From Seison nebaliae (taxonomy: Eukaryota), in contig JALJEE010002757.1 of assembly GCA_023231475.1 (NCBI GenBank), positions 53,800-73,799 of the forward strand: a stretch of 20,000 nt of DNA, given 5' to 3'. Shown here one piece after another: positions 1 through 10,137 of this stretch. The position numbers and the translations under genes were made by a program. Within the stretch, counting starts at the first letter, position 1. Every line of letters begins with the position of its first letter. The notes below the pieces were generated by a model. The model was not told the origin of the DNA, ran no database searches, and saw only the letters and a program-made list of their open reading frames with translations.

Positions 1-1
1 T

Positions 2-1393
2 CAAACATCCATCGAAACGAAAACAGACGATAGTAGTGTCGGTGCGTTAGATGCGGATATCCGATCGGGATTAACTCCCATCAATGTTGGTGATAAGAAA
101 GTGAACAAGAAAAAAATTCGATTTTTCAAATTGGGAAATTTTCGGAAACTGTCGAGCAAGTCATATGTGACGGATTCGGAACTAATTCAAGGACAATCGA
201 AATCGATAACAGAAGATATAATCACGCCAACTGTCAAGAGTATTGAAACGACGAGAATCGATAGTCTACCTGGATTCACTGGAACGATCGATAATACGGA
301 AAATTTGAGGGTCGATTCGTCGATCGAAAGCGATAAAGAAATCGGTCAACAATTACCGGTCACAATTGAAATTCCACCTCCAAGAAATATTGTAGGATAT
401 CATGACGCTCGTGATCCTGATCGAGCGAAATTATTGGAAGATATGCATCGTACTCAAGAAAAACCGTCACCAGAACCTGCAACGGAGAAAGTGGAAGTAG
501 CGGAAGTACACGACGGAGTGGTCATGCACAAAGTTCGTATTAGAGATCATGGACGAGATAGTATCGTAGAATTGAGAAGATCGAGTGATAGGAAGTCGTG
601 GGAACGACGAGATTATTCCATCGATGAAGATCGAGAACCGGAAACGATCGAGAAGAAAGAAGTGGTCGATATATCGAAAGCGAATGTTTATGGTCGAATT
701 AATGACGTTATACAAACGGTCAATGAATTAGAGAACGAAAATAGACCTAAAGAATTAGAATTCGAAACCATCCAATTGAAAACAAGAACAGATATCGATC
801 AACAATATCGAATTGATGAACTTCGACAAAATATTCCACAAATCGAACAATCTCCATTATCTACTGGTGCCATAGAAACTACAGAGATTATCACTACTAC
901 TACTAACAACAACAACAATAATAATAATAATAATAATAATGTTATTAGTTCATCATCGACAACATATCAATCACCGACGGATAAACCATATAAAGTATTG
1001 ACGAAACGTGTCACCGAACAATTGGAAGATGCGACGACGGGTAAAATGACGACGATCGATTCTTATGAAACGGAAACTGTTCTTTACAGAACGGTGACTG
1101 ATGACGATTATCCGTTTACGGATATGAAAACGACGTCGTGGAAGAATCGAAAGGAATTGGAGAAGCGGACGATTGAAGAACCGTCGGCCGATCAACCAGC
1201 AGGGAAGATAATCGTTGAACGTCAAACGGAAGAGATCGAACGACAAGAACATCGAGATAAGGATGGGGAAATCGTCCATACAGAAAAAGTGACGACTGGG
1301 CCTCTCATCACGAAAGTTGTGGATGGTTCGTTTGTGTCTTCGGAGGTGAGAAGAGAAGGAGATGGAGCGGAATCGCCAGATAGTTGCTTCTAA
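2..1393 (+). CDS. 3' part (terminal exon) of an unidentified large Thr/Glu/Asp-rich, probably disordered protein; 5' end lies outside the window
   Basis: The frame of ORF 101..1393 has no stop back to position 2 (QTSIETKTDDSSVGALD...), so the GTG at 101 is not the true start. It has a basic/aromatic patch (KKKIRFFKLGNFRKLSSK), a poly-T/poly-N tract and ends ...SPDSCF-TAA. No domain recognised. Confidence 0.8.
   Translation, partial: QTSIETKTDDSSVGALDADIRSGLTPINVGDKKVNKKKIRFFKLGNFRKLSSKSYVTDSELIQGQSKSITEDIITPTVKSIETTRIDSLPGFTGTIDNTENLRVDSSIESDKEIGQQLPVTIEIPPPRNIVGYHDARDPDRAKLLEDMHRTQEKPSPEPATEKVEVAEVHDGVVMHKVRIRDHGRDSIVELRRSSDRKSWERRDYSIDEDREPETIEKKEVVDISKANVYGRINDVIQTVNELENENRPKELEFETIQLKTRTDIDQQYRIDELRQNIPQIEQSPLSTGAIETTEIITTTTNNNNNNNNNNNNVISSSSTTYQSPTDKPYKVLTKRVTEQLEDATTGKMTTIDSYETETVLYRTVTDDDYPFTDMKTTSWKNRKELEKRTIEEPSADQPAGKIIVERQTEEIERQEHRDKDGEIVHTEKVTTGPLITKVVDGSFVSSEVRREGDGAESPDSCF
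893..940 (+). repeat. Coding compound trinucleotide microsatellite (ACT)4(AAC)4(AAT)8, encoding poly-Thr/poly-Asn
   Basis: Read directly from the sequence; matches TTTTTNNNNNNNNNNNN in the ORF. Confidence 0.95.
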
Positions 1394-1521
1394 AGTAGAA
1401 TGTAAGCCATCCGTTATTATCTCTTTTAACTAGTCATCAATGCCGAATCAGAAGCGATGAATCTTTTCCATTAATTCGAGAATGTTTTATGATCTAAATT
1501 TCTGTAATATTATTCACTCTC

Positions 1522-1646
1522 CACACACACAACACACACACACACACAACATACACATTTTCTCTCTTTCTTATTCATTTATTATCTTTTCCTTCCATAC
1601 ATATCAATTCCTCCAATCACCACAAACAACAACAACAACAACAACA
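1522..1646. repeat. Imperfect (CA)n and (CAA)n microsatellites in the 3' flank of the first gene
   Basis: cacacacacaacacacacacacacacaac at ~1522-1550 and aacaacaacaacaacaacaacaa at ~1625-1646. Confidence 0.85.
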
Positions 1647-1884
1647 AGAACAGCACATAGAGCACGTAAGAAACGTATTCATGGATTATATTTTTCTTTC
1701 TTCGACCATCTTGGTCAATTGACATTTATCTATAAATTTTATCGTTCAAAAATGTTGGTATGGGAAACATCTGAGAAATGATATTGTCATCATTCGTTTC
1801 TTTCAAATTATCAGAAATATTTAATCATTCGTTATCCATCGATTCGATGGAACTCTTTCGTTGTAGAGTAAGTTCTCTTTATGT

Positions 1885-1918
1885 CTCTCTCACACACACA
1901 CATATATATATATATCTC
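1885..1918. repeat. Compound (TC)n(CA)n(TA)n microsatellite
   Basis: tctctctcacacacacacatatatatatatatctc. Confidence 0.85.
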
Positions 1919-2801
1919 ATATAGTTGGACGATCTTACCCTCTCATCCAAATCACATCCATTCATTCATCGTTTCCTCGTCATAAAACATGTTGTCCGAT
2001 TTGTTCAATCTGTTCGTTGGGAAAGCAGATTGGAGAAGAATCGCTCAATGTAACTTATGGTATGAGGGGGCGAATGACGCTACCAACGACGAACGATGAA
2101 CATTCTAACAATTATCCGATTTATCTAGAAATTTACTAAACGAGAAAATTATTATATTCATGTAAATTCTATCATTAAATTATCTATAATTTTATTAAAT
2201 TCTATTTCACATTCTCATCCACAGCACACATACACATATATTCGATTTCGTTTCAAAATTATTCTTTTCCCATTTCCAAAAGATGTTCCACTTACAACGT
2301 AGCTTAGTGTTCTTAGCTTGCAACAAGAAATTTAATGCAAAAATAAAATGTTTTATTCTATAAATTCTTCTTTCTTTCACCCAAATAATCAAACGATCAA
2401 ACAAATATATTGTTCAAAATTGAGAATAAGAGAAAAAAGTTTCCTATTTCCCCTCATTTGCAGGTCGATGTTCTTTTCATTACATTTAAATTTCCTTAAT
2501 TTATATTAAAAAGTAATTTAAATAATGATTATTAAATAATATTATCATTAAAAATTACTATCTGATATTGAGATATGTTAAGTTGAGATTCATTCGAAAT
2601 TCGAGTACTATTTGAACAATTGTATTTTTATGAGGATAATGGCAAAAATTGATAAAAATATATGGACTCTGTGTTTGGATAATATTGTTATCTATTGGAG
2701 ACGATGAGATTGAAATGATTCGAGTTGAGAAAATTTGAATGAGAGAAAGCTGTAAAAGGCGTTTCGGAAGGAAGAGGAGGAGGAAATATAAAGAGATTCG
2801 T

Positions 2802-4297
2802 TTAAAATGATTGAAATGACAAAAATGCGATATTGACGAAAAAGATGAAGAAAGAAATGGTTTTAATGGTGGATGAATTTTTCGGGATTTGAACACCTCG
2901 TCTCAACGACAACGTCGAACAAGGTAATGGTACATTCGCTGCCAGATCACATCGTCCAATCACGCCATTAAATCGATAACCAATATTACATTTCGCTTCT
3001 CTCGTTTTCCGACGGTTGCTACATTCGTAGAAGATTCGACAACTCGACGCTTCGTCTGCGTGGATACCATTCGATTTATTTTCACCTGAATTATTTTGAA
3101 AATTTAAAAAAAATGAGAATGAAAAGATTAACAAGGATCTTTCTCGTATTTCCTGTTGCCGCAATAAACTTTATTTTTTTCGTTGCATGAGAATGTGTAA
3201 GTGTCGAATAAATATCCTTTCGGACATGTCCGTCCCACATAACGACCGTCAATACAATCATAATATGAATCGCAATTCATTGGATTCTCCTTAGCTTCCG
3301 AACATCGTGGAGTTGTCGTTTTCTCTTCCATTTTTTTCGTTGTTTCTTTTCTCTTCTTCTTCTTTTTCTGCTTCTCATCTAATTTATCGGAATCGATGAT
3401 TTCTAAAGAACTGTTAGATTGATCATTGATTAGAAGTAATTTAGTTGATTGGGAAAATAGGTCGGTGACGATCACTGTCTTCTCAGTTCCATGTGCAACA
3501 TCGGAAATATTCTGCTCTTTCCTCCTCCTAAATCGTTTTTGTTTAATTTAAATTTTTCATGAACTTATTATCATTAATTCTCATTATTATCACTATTATC
3601 TGGGAAGCTGTTTAAAAGATCGGACAATTGCTCAATTGTCTCACTATCACTTTGTTTTTGTTCAATTTTACAAAACTAGAAAATTCGAATTTTGTTGGGG
3701 GAAATTTAAAAAATGCGGAAAAAAACTATTCGAAATAATAAAAATTAGAAATCAGCTAAATCATCTAAAGTTATGAAGCGCTCTCATATTCGTCATTAGT
3801 AATGGGAAGCGGAAATTAAATTAGAATAATTAAAAATTAACTTTTCATCAATATCAATCTCACTCGGCGATTCATCAGTATCGATATCTTTTGAATTATT
3901 TTAATAAGACTTAATTAATTTATTAAGAGAAAAAAAAACTTTTTTTCAAATTTTCAGATTTTTTTTCATTTTCTTCTTCTCCCTCCTCGTCGTCATCTTC
4001 GACGTAATCATATTCCTCTTCATATTCGTCGGATGATTGAGCTTCTTCTTTTCTTTCGCAATCGACATTGTCTAACCAGTCGCATCGACCGGACAAATGG
4101 TTCCAAGCCGTTCCGGCCGGACATTCATATTCTTCAGCTACTCCGTACGAACATCGCCAATAGACGTGACAGAACAATGGATCGGTGTAATAGCCGTCGC
4201 GTTTGCCATGACAAGTGAAATCATCTTGCGCTGAAGCAATGTCAAATTTGGAGTAGAAGAATATGGCGAATATGATGATGATATTCGTCAGTTGCAT
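2802..4297 (-). CDS. Secreted protein with three chitin-binding type-2 (peritrophin-A/CBM14) domains and a likely GPI-anchor signal, ~360 aa; exons 4297-3940, 3887-3842, 3527-3133, 3085-2802
   Basis: ATG at 4297 starts a signal peptide (MQLTNIIIIFAIFFYSKFDIASA). Three 6-Cys modules follow: CHGKRDGYYTDPLFCHVYWRC..CPAGTAWN..CDW..C, CSEAKENPMNCDSYYDC..CPKGYLFD..C..C and CENKSNGIHADEASSCRIFYEC..CNIGYRFN..CD..C. The C-terminus is hydrophobic (ISFFIFFVNIAFLSFQSF). GT-AG introns at 3939-3888 (phase 1), 3841-3528 (phase 2) and 3132-3086 (phase 1) join three ORF-track pieces into a 1083-nt open frame. The middle intron is the least certain. Confidence 0.85.
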
Positions 4298-6062
4298 AAT
4301 TAGATGAGAAACTTTTATTTTCGGGATAGAGTGATGAAGGTGATGATAATAGAAAGTTATTGAAGAATTCCACAAATAAATAGTGGTTGTGATGAAGTAG
4401 ATGTCTGTCAAGGTGAAGCATGTCAAGTAGCGAAGGAGACATTCCATCTCAAATGTCAATAAGAATTATAAGATTGTGTCGATGTCGCAATCGGATGAGA
4501 AAAAAAAAATTGTTCATACATTTCCCACAAATATCCCACACCAAATACATAGTCAATACATAGACGCTCTTATCATTCTCCTTCTTCTTCTTCTTCTCGA
4601 GTCGAATCATCGGAAAAGAAAAGGATCAGATACATTAGAAAACAGATAAATATCAATACGTAGACGAGAAGAGAAGATAAATGAATAAATTAAACGGAGA
4701 ACCTTCAAATTGTGGTTGATACGTCACCAGATTAATTCCATGAAGATTCACGAGTCGATCTGGAATTGGATTCAATAATAAACTGAAATACTTAACATTC
4801 CTTTCAATCAGAAGAATGATGATAATCTGATCAGATTCGAATGACACTTTTCCCCCATTCATCAAACGCGTTCCATCGATAAGTTCATCATCCGTCGACT
4901 TATTTATCGATCGATCACTTCCCATCATCATCATCACCTCCCTCCGAGCGAGAGAGAGATAGAGTGAATAATGGGATTGTGATAAATTGTCAATTCGCAC
5001 AGAGACAATGAGAAACCTTTCGGAGATTGGGAATAAATCGAATTTAATTGAATGTCACCAATCCTTAAAATGGGAGAATGACATTTCATCATTTCATGAT
5101 ACGATGCACATATCGTCAATGAAGAAAACTATATCTTCCCCCTCCCCTCCCGTTCAGATGTGATCCAATATGAATTATTAGAACTTCCTCTAATGAACGA
5201 GAAGTTGGAGGGGATGAAAATAGTGGACGAATGACGGTTTGTGGACGGAATGTAAATTTCCCCGTCAAATCTATTAATTTCTCTATTAAATGTTTTGTTT
5301 GGTTACCCTCCATTGAACGACGAGAGTTGTGTGAATGATTGAAGAAAAAATGAATCCGTCACAATGGAGATATCATCGATGAATCGAGACCATTAGTAAC
5401 AAATAAACTACTTAATCAGGTAATGTTAAGAAGTGATCGATGAAGAGGATGGGACGTACGTATATGTTGCAATGTTTACACGAGTCTTCTTTCGACTTAC
5501 TAATACTCTCATATTATTATCCCTAACAGACAAAGTAAGTTAACGAACTCATTGTCTAGAGATCGGGAATGATGGGAACGATTCTCAATAACAAATCGAA
5601 TGTAAATACAATTGTCATGCCATGGATGGACGTTTTGAATGGATGGATGGTGAGATTGTGGAAACGAACTAGAACGAAAATGCCATAAAAATTCATCATA
5701 ATTGAAACGAAAAATTTTTGAAATTCTGAAAATTAAAGATGATTTAATATTTGAAATTATTTCCAAAATTTTATTTTTTTGCACAATTTTTTTTAAAATT
5801 TGATCGATATTACTGATGAGTATGAGAATGATAAATCTGATGATAACGGAAAGATGGTACAGGAAGATGAGGATACGAAAACAATTATTTTCAAATAACA
5901 ATACAAATTAGAGATTCGTTTACAATAAGTGGAAGAAGAAGGAAAGATTGTGGAAAAAGAGAATTCTTTGTTTTGATCGCATAATTTCTATTAAGTGTTC
6001 TTCGGAGTATTCGGTTGGCGATTGGTGAGATTAATAAATGCATCCTCATCATATTATGACAT

Positions 6063-6275
6063 TTATGAGACGATTGCTTTCAGTCCATCCATCACCATGT
6101 AAATGTTCTCGCAAGCACTACACAACACATAAATTATCACCACTAAATAGAAGACGAAGCTGCAAGAGAACACGTAAACGGATAGTCGTCCCAATACGAT
6201 CTCCCACTCGTTTAGAGGCACCTCCATCTCTAAATCATTCTCAAGAATTTCTCGCGTATTTTCCGATGCACCCAT
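6063..6275 (-). CDS. Candidate 70-aa single-pass membrane microprotein
   Basis: ATG-initiated ORF with an acidic N-terminus (MGASENTREILENDLEMEVPLNEWE) and a ~22-residue hydrophobic stretch (LSVYVFSCSFVFYLVVIIYVLC). It is less AT-rich than the downstream flank. No homologue recognised. Confidence 0.35.
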   Translation of the reverse strand: MGASENTREILENDLEMEVPLNEWEIVLGRLSVYVFSCSFVFYLVVIIYVLCSACENIYMVMDGLKAIVS

Positions 6276-7180
6276 GACTCATGTAGATGTAGATAATAAG
6301 AAGAACGAATGTAAAGGAAACTAATTTCAAATGAGAATAAACCAAAATAGAAATTTCTTTAGTCAGATTTCATTTGAATTTCTCTGTTTAATTCACTAAT
6401 AAATTGTCAAATTCAACGTCTGCGAACCTCATTCCATCTCTCACAGACATATTCTCTCATTATCGTCTTCATTTTAGAGGAAATGAGCCGATAAATAAAA
6501 CGCCATTTTCCTTCATTTACTTCACATTTAATTTACACTTTCAACAATCGTTTCTCTGAAATTTGTTGGACGGTTTTAAAATTTTTTTAAAATTTCCAAA
6601 ACTATAAAATTCTCATGGTCCTCTATTAAACCACTACAAATTTCTTAATATCAACGTTAATTTTCTCAATTCATAGTTTTTAAATTATTCTCCTAATACT
6701 CAACGAAAATTTTTTTCATTTATCAAATAAATTTTATGAAACTTTTAAAAATTAATTGAGATTATTTAAAAATTTCAAATGGATAAACTAAATAAACGAT
6801 AGAAATTCCATTAAAGAGATTAATGAGAATTTAAATTTTAATATTTTCACATATTTAATTCATTCGTCCAAATTGACGATATGAAAGTTTTGGGGAGAAT
6901 TGATGGAAATTCCGGTAATGATGACGTTTTATGATGGTGGTAATAGAGATAAAGCTAAATAATTAAATTTAGACTGAATTGAACGGAAGTTGTTGGGAGG
7001 TGGAAGAATTCGAAAGGAGATCATGTGAATAAATAATTGACGATTGACAACATAAATTTTTCGTTAAAAAGAAAAGACAAAATAGAAAATTTTTCGTTTG
7101 ATATTTTGGGAGGATAGACAGAATCGACTCATATCTCGGGAAAATCATCTAGGACGACGGATTGAAAAAGGAAATGCGAG

Positions 7181-8731
7181 ATGTCCACTCTCTTTAGTTT
7201 TGGGAATCCGATAAATGTGAGATTTGATGTTGACGAAGGTACCGATCGACCACATGTCGATATGGATGATGAAAATGGAAATATCGTTTCCGTGCCCGTT
7301 TTTTACAACGGCGAAGATGTGAGTGGACGAATCGTGATTGAATTGAAGAAAGCGGGACAGAAGTTAGATCATAATGGAATCTGTCTAGAATTATTGGGTC
7401 GAATTGAGACACATGGTGAGAAATCGTTACAACAAGTTTTCTGTCATCATTCAAAGATGTTGTGTTTGCCCGGCATTTTGAAAGGATCGACTACATTTGA
7501 ATTTAATTTTCCGTCTATCGAGAAAACTTATGAGACATATAAAGGAATTAATTGCGAGTTAATTTACGTGTTGAAATTGGAAATTCAAAAACGAATGTCA
7601 AATTTGATTCGTGAACATCAATTGCTTGTCCATTCGTTATCATCATTTCCTGATTCGACGAATTCGCCCATTACAATGGAAGTGGGAATAGAAGATTGTC
7701 TTCACATCGAATTCGAGTATAATAAGAGTCGATATCATTTGAAGGATGTTGTGGTTGGAAAAATTTTTTTTGATTTAGTTCGACTCAAAATAAAATATAC
7801 GGAAATTTCAATTTTGAAAATGGAACGATGTGGAACAGGCGATAATTCCATCAATCATTCGACCACCATCACTAACTTCGAGATAATGGATGGCGCTCCA
7901 ATCAAAGGCGAATCGATTCCCATTCGACTCTTTCTCGCCAATCATCAACTTACTCCCACAATGAGAGATGTTCAAAAGAAGTTCAGTGTCCGATATTATA
8001 TCAACATTCTCCTCGTCGACGAAGAAGAACGACGTTATTATAAACAACAAGAAATTATTCTATGGAGGAAAGCTGATATTCGTCTTCCCCTTCATCATTT
8101 ACGTGAAGAAGATCGACGATTAGACGAAATCGATAATCAAATATCAACACCACCGGCACAACAACAACAACAACAATCGATTAGTAAAACGAAGTCGACA
8201 TTATCTCCCGATCTCTCACACATGTTAAGTAATAATGATGATGAGAAGGAAAAGAAGAATAAAATGGAAGGAGATAAATTGGAAAACGGTGAAAAACCGT
8301 CAGGAAAAGAAAGAACGTTACTCGATCAATCAGCTGGTGATCAGTTATTAGATGATGTTAAATCAGACGATGGTATTCCAGAGAGAGAGAAGATTAATGT
8401 TAAAGGAGAAAAAATTGATAATGGAAATGATATCGGTGAAGCACCATCAGATAACGATCCGGAGAATAACGAACCGACGAAAGAAGAAGAGAAAAAAGAA
8501 TCGAAGGAAGAGGAGAATGTGCCAGAGAAAAAAGAATCGGTGAATGAAGATTTGGCTGGTGAAGCGCCTAATGATAATTCGAATAATGACGATTCGAAAG
8601 ATGAGTCGAAGAATGACGAAACGAAAAGTGGAGGAAGTGACGATTCATCTTCGACCGATTCGGATGAGGACGAAGACGGTCCCAAAGCTAACGAGGATGA
8701 TGACGATGATGTTGGATGGTTGAACGATTGA
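7181..8731 (+). CDS. VPS26: Vacuolar protein sorting-associated protein 26 (retromer cargo-recognition subunit, arrestin fold), intronless, with a long acidic C-terminal extension
   Basis: Diagnostic VPS26A/B motifs: FYNGEDVSG, LDHNGI, EKTYETYKGIN, ITMEVGIEDCLHIEFEYNKSRYHLKDVVVGKIFF, FEIMDGAPIKGESIPIRLFL, PTMRDVQKKFSVRYYINILLVDEEERRYYKQQEIILWRK. One uninterrupted 516-aa ORF. Confidence 0.97.
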   Translation: MSTLFSFGNPINVRFDVDEGTDRPHVDMDDENGNIVSVPVFYNGEDVSGRIVIELKKAGQKLDHNGICLELLGRIETHGEKSLQQVFCHHSKMLCLPGILKGSTTFEFNFPSIEKTYETYKGINCELIYVLKLEIQKRMSNLIREHQLLVHSLSSFPDSTNSPITMEVGIEDCLHIEFEYNKSRYHLKDVVVGKIFFDLVRLKIKYTEISILKMERCGTGDNSINHSTTITNFEIMDGAPIKGESIPIRLFLANHQLTPTMRDVQKKFSVRYYINILLVDEEERRYYKQQEIILWRKADIRLPLHHLREEDRRLDEIDNQISTPPAQQQQQQSISKTKSTLSPDLSHMLSNNDDEKEKKNKMEGDKLENGEKPSGKERTLLDQSAGDQLLDDVKSDDGIPEREKINVKGEKIDNGNDIGEAPSDNDPENNEPTKEEEKKESKEEENVPEKKESVNEDLAGEAPNDNSNNDDSKDESKNDETKSGGSDDSSSTDSDEDEDGPKANEDDDDDVGWLND

Positions 8732-8879
8732 GAGACATGTAATTACGAGTATATTCACCAATTCGTCGAATATCGTGGGAGAGAAATGAAGATAAATATT
8801 CTAAATTTCTCAATTCTATTTTTCATCTATTCATCTTGGTCATTCATCCAACCTATATCTATACTTTCATTCTTCAGTT

Positions 8880-8885
8880 AATAAA
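8880..8885 (+). promoter_or_regulatory. Candidate polyadenylation signal (AATAAA) of VPS26
   Basis: AATAAA ~150 nt after the TGA stop, followed by T/GT-rich sequence (ttctgttctcgtctttttatgttgt). The motif is common in AT-rich DNA. Confidence 0.45.
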
Positions 8886-8977
8886 TTATTGTCATCATAT
8901 CTAAACTATCTTCTGTTCTCGTCTTTTTATGTTGTGGAAAAAGACTATCGGAAGATATTTCTATGAATTTCTTTATG

Positions 8978-9185
8978 GACCGTTTTTGTCCTTAAATCGG
9001 TCTATGAAAAATCCAATCGACCGTTTTTGTCCTTAAATCGGTCTATGAAAAATTCAATCAACCGTTTTTCTCCTTAAATCGGTCTATGAAAAATTCAATC
9101 AACCGCTTTTGTCCTTAAATCGGTCTATGAAAAATCCAAACGACCGCTTTTGTCCTTAAATGGGTCTATGAAAAATCCGAAGACC
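8978..9185. repeat. Minisatellite, ~5 head-to-tail copies of a 41-bp unit (GACCGTTTTTGTCCTTAAATCGGTCTATGAAAAATCCAATC)
   Basis: Units at 8978-9018, 9019-9059, 9060-9100, 9101-9141 and 9142-9181 (40 nt), plus a partial GACC. Copies differ at only a few positions and have no spacers. Confidence 0.95.
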
Positions 9186-9390
9186 ATTTTTATCGTTTAA
9201 CAGACCAATATAAGTTACTACACATCGAAAAAAAAGGGAAGTAAATCAGAAATTTAATTAAGTATTATTCGTTTCGATCATTCTCAATCGACAATATCAA
9301 TTCCGGTATATTATGATAATTTATATTTTAGTACAGAGAAACAAGAAAAAGAAATCACTTTAATAATAAAGTAATTTATTCGAATTGTTC

Positions 9391-10137
9391 TTATTTGGAG
9401 AAAGTGGTATTTACAGGTTTGGGTGGTAAATTGAATTTTTTACTATTTATCGAAGGAGGTCGGATCATACGAGACGACATCCGTTTGTTGGTATTCTCCT
9501 TATTCTCCTCCATCTTCTGTCTTATTTTTTCACGAATCTTCGGATTCTTCCGAATGATCACCGTCCCAGTAGACACCTTCCTTGTGGGTAATCTGATTGA
9601 TTGATTCGGATCAATAGGAGGAAGTGTCAAATGGGAAGATGTCTTTCGAGCTGAAATTTTACATTTAGTGAAACTCAAATTTCTTCGGATTGACTTCGCT
9701 TTTTCCACAGTTTTTTCTTTGTCTTTTATGAAAGTTGAATTTTGATCAGTTTCAACAACAACACTTTCGTTGTCACTTTGTGGGATTGGAGAGATTGAGG
9801 AAATTTCATTTAAATTTGGAATTGTCTTGTCCAAACTCAATTTTTCATGAGCCGACTGATCTTCTTTCTTCTCTTCCACATAATTTATTTGGGGTTCTTT
9901 CACAAACTTCTCTGTATATTCTTTGTGTCTCGTTTTCTCGAAATCTTCCAAGAGTTTTGTAAATTTTTCTCTCAATTCTTTCGATAACGGGGATCGGTTT
10001 TTCGTCTTCGCCAATTCCTCGCCACACTCTTCACAGTCTGATTCATAAAAATGTAAATCGGGAGACTCGTGAAGGAAACGAATTGTCTTCTCTTCTAACT
10101 GATTGTGAATATATTGTGAATAATAATTGTTTGACAT
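9391..10137 (-). CDS. Uncharacterised ~250-aa protein: N-terminal CxxC (DCEEC), short helical/coiled segment, basic Pro-rich disordered C-terminus
   Basis: Long ORF (track 9391..10149 from TTG; first ATG at 10137, MSNNYYSQ) with coding-like composition. An AAG at 10152-10151 could be a splice acceptor, so upstream exons are possible. Confidence 0.7.
   Translation of the reverse strand: MSNNYYSQYIHNQLEEKTIRFLHESPDLHFYESDCEECGEELAKTKNRSPLSKELREKFTKLLEDFEKTRHKEYTEKFVKEPQINYVEEKKEDQSAHEKLSLDKTIPNLNEISSISPIPQSDNESVVVETDQNSTFIKDKEKTVEKAKSIRRNLSFTKCKISARKTSSHLTLPPIDPNQSIRLPTRKVSTGTVIIRKNPKIREKIRQKMEENKENTNKRMSSRMIRPPSINSKKFNLPPKPVNTTFSK

Noticed and set aside
3574..3675. Coding-looking stretch (FCKIEQKQSDSETIEQLSDLLNSFPDNSDNNEN*) after a TAG acceptor inside the 314-nt intron of the chitin-binding gene
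   Set aside because: It needs a phase-0 donor, but the available upstream donors are phase 1 and 2, so I could not build it in as an exon.
4298..4459. 54-aa N-terminal extension of ORF 3923..4459
   Set aside because: It relies on a non-ATG start; the ATG at 4297 directly begins a signal peptide.
1482..5901. Intergenic ORFs 1482-1781, 2207-2404, 2558-2896, 4653-5000, 4934-5119, 5116-5313 and 5509-5901
   Set aside because: They are microsatellite-derived or F/I/L/K-biased translations of AT-rich non-coding DNA, several with non-ATG starts and none with motifs.
6910..6990. Possible box C/D snoRNA (ATGATGA at 6918, CTGA at 6974, flanking TTCCG/CGGAA)
   Set aside because: The terminal stem is offset from the boxes, I recognised no rRNA-complementary guide, and such motifs occur by chance in AT-rich DNA. 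A snoscan/Infernal search would settle it.
8978..9185. Palindromic repeat array resembling a CRISPR array
   Set aside because: Units are contiguous with no unique spacers, there are no cas genes and the context is eukaryotic.
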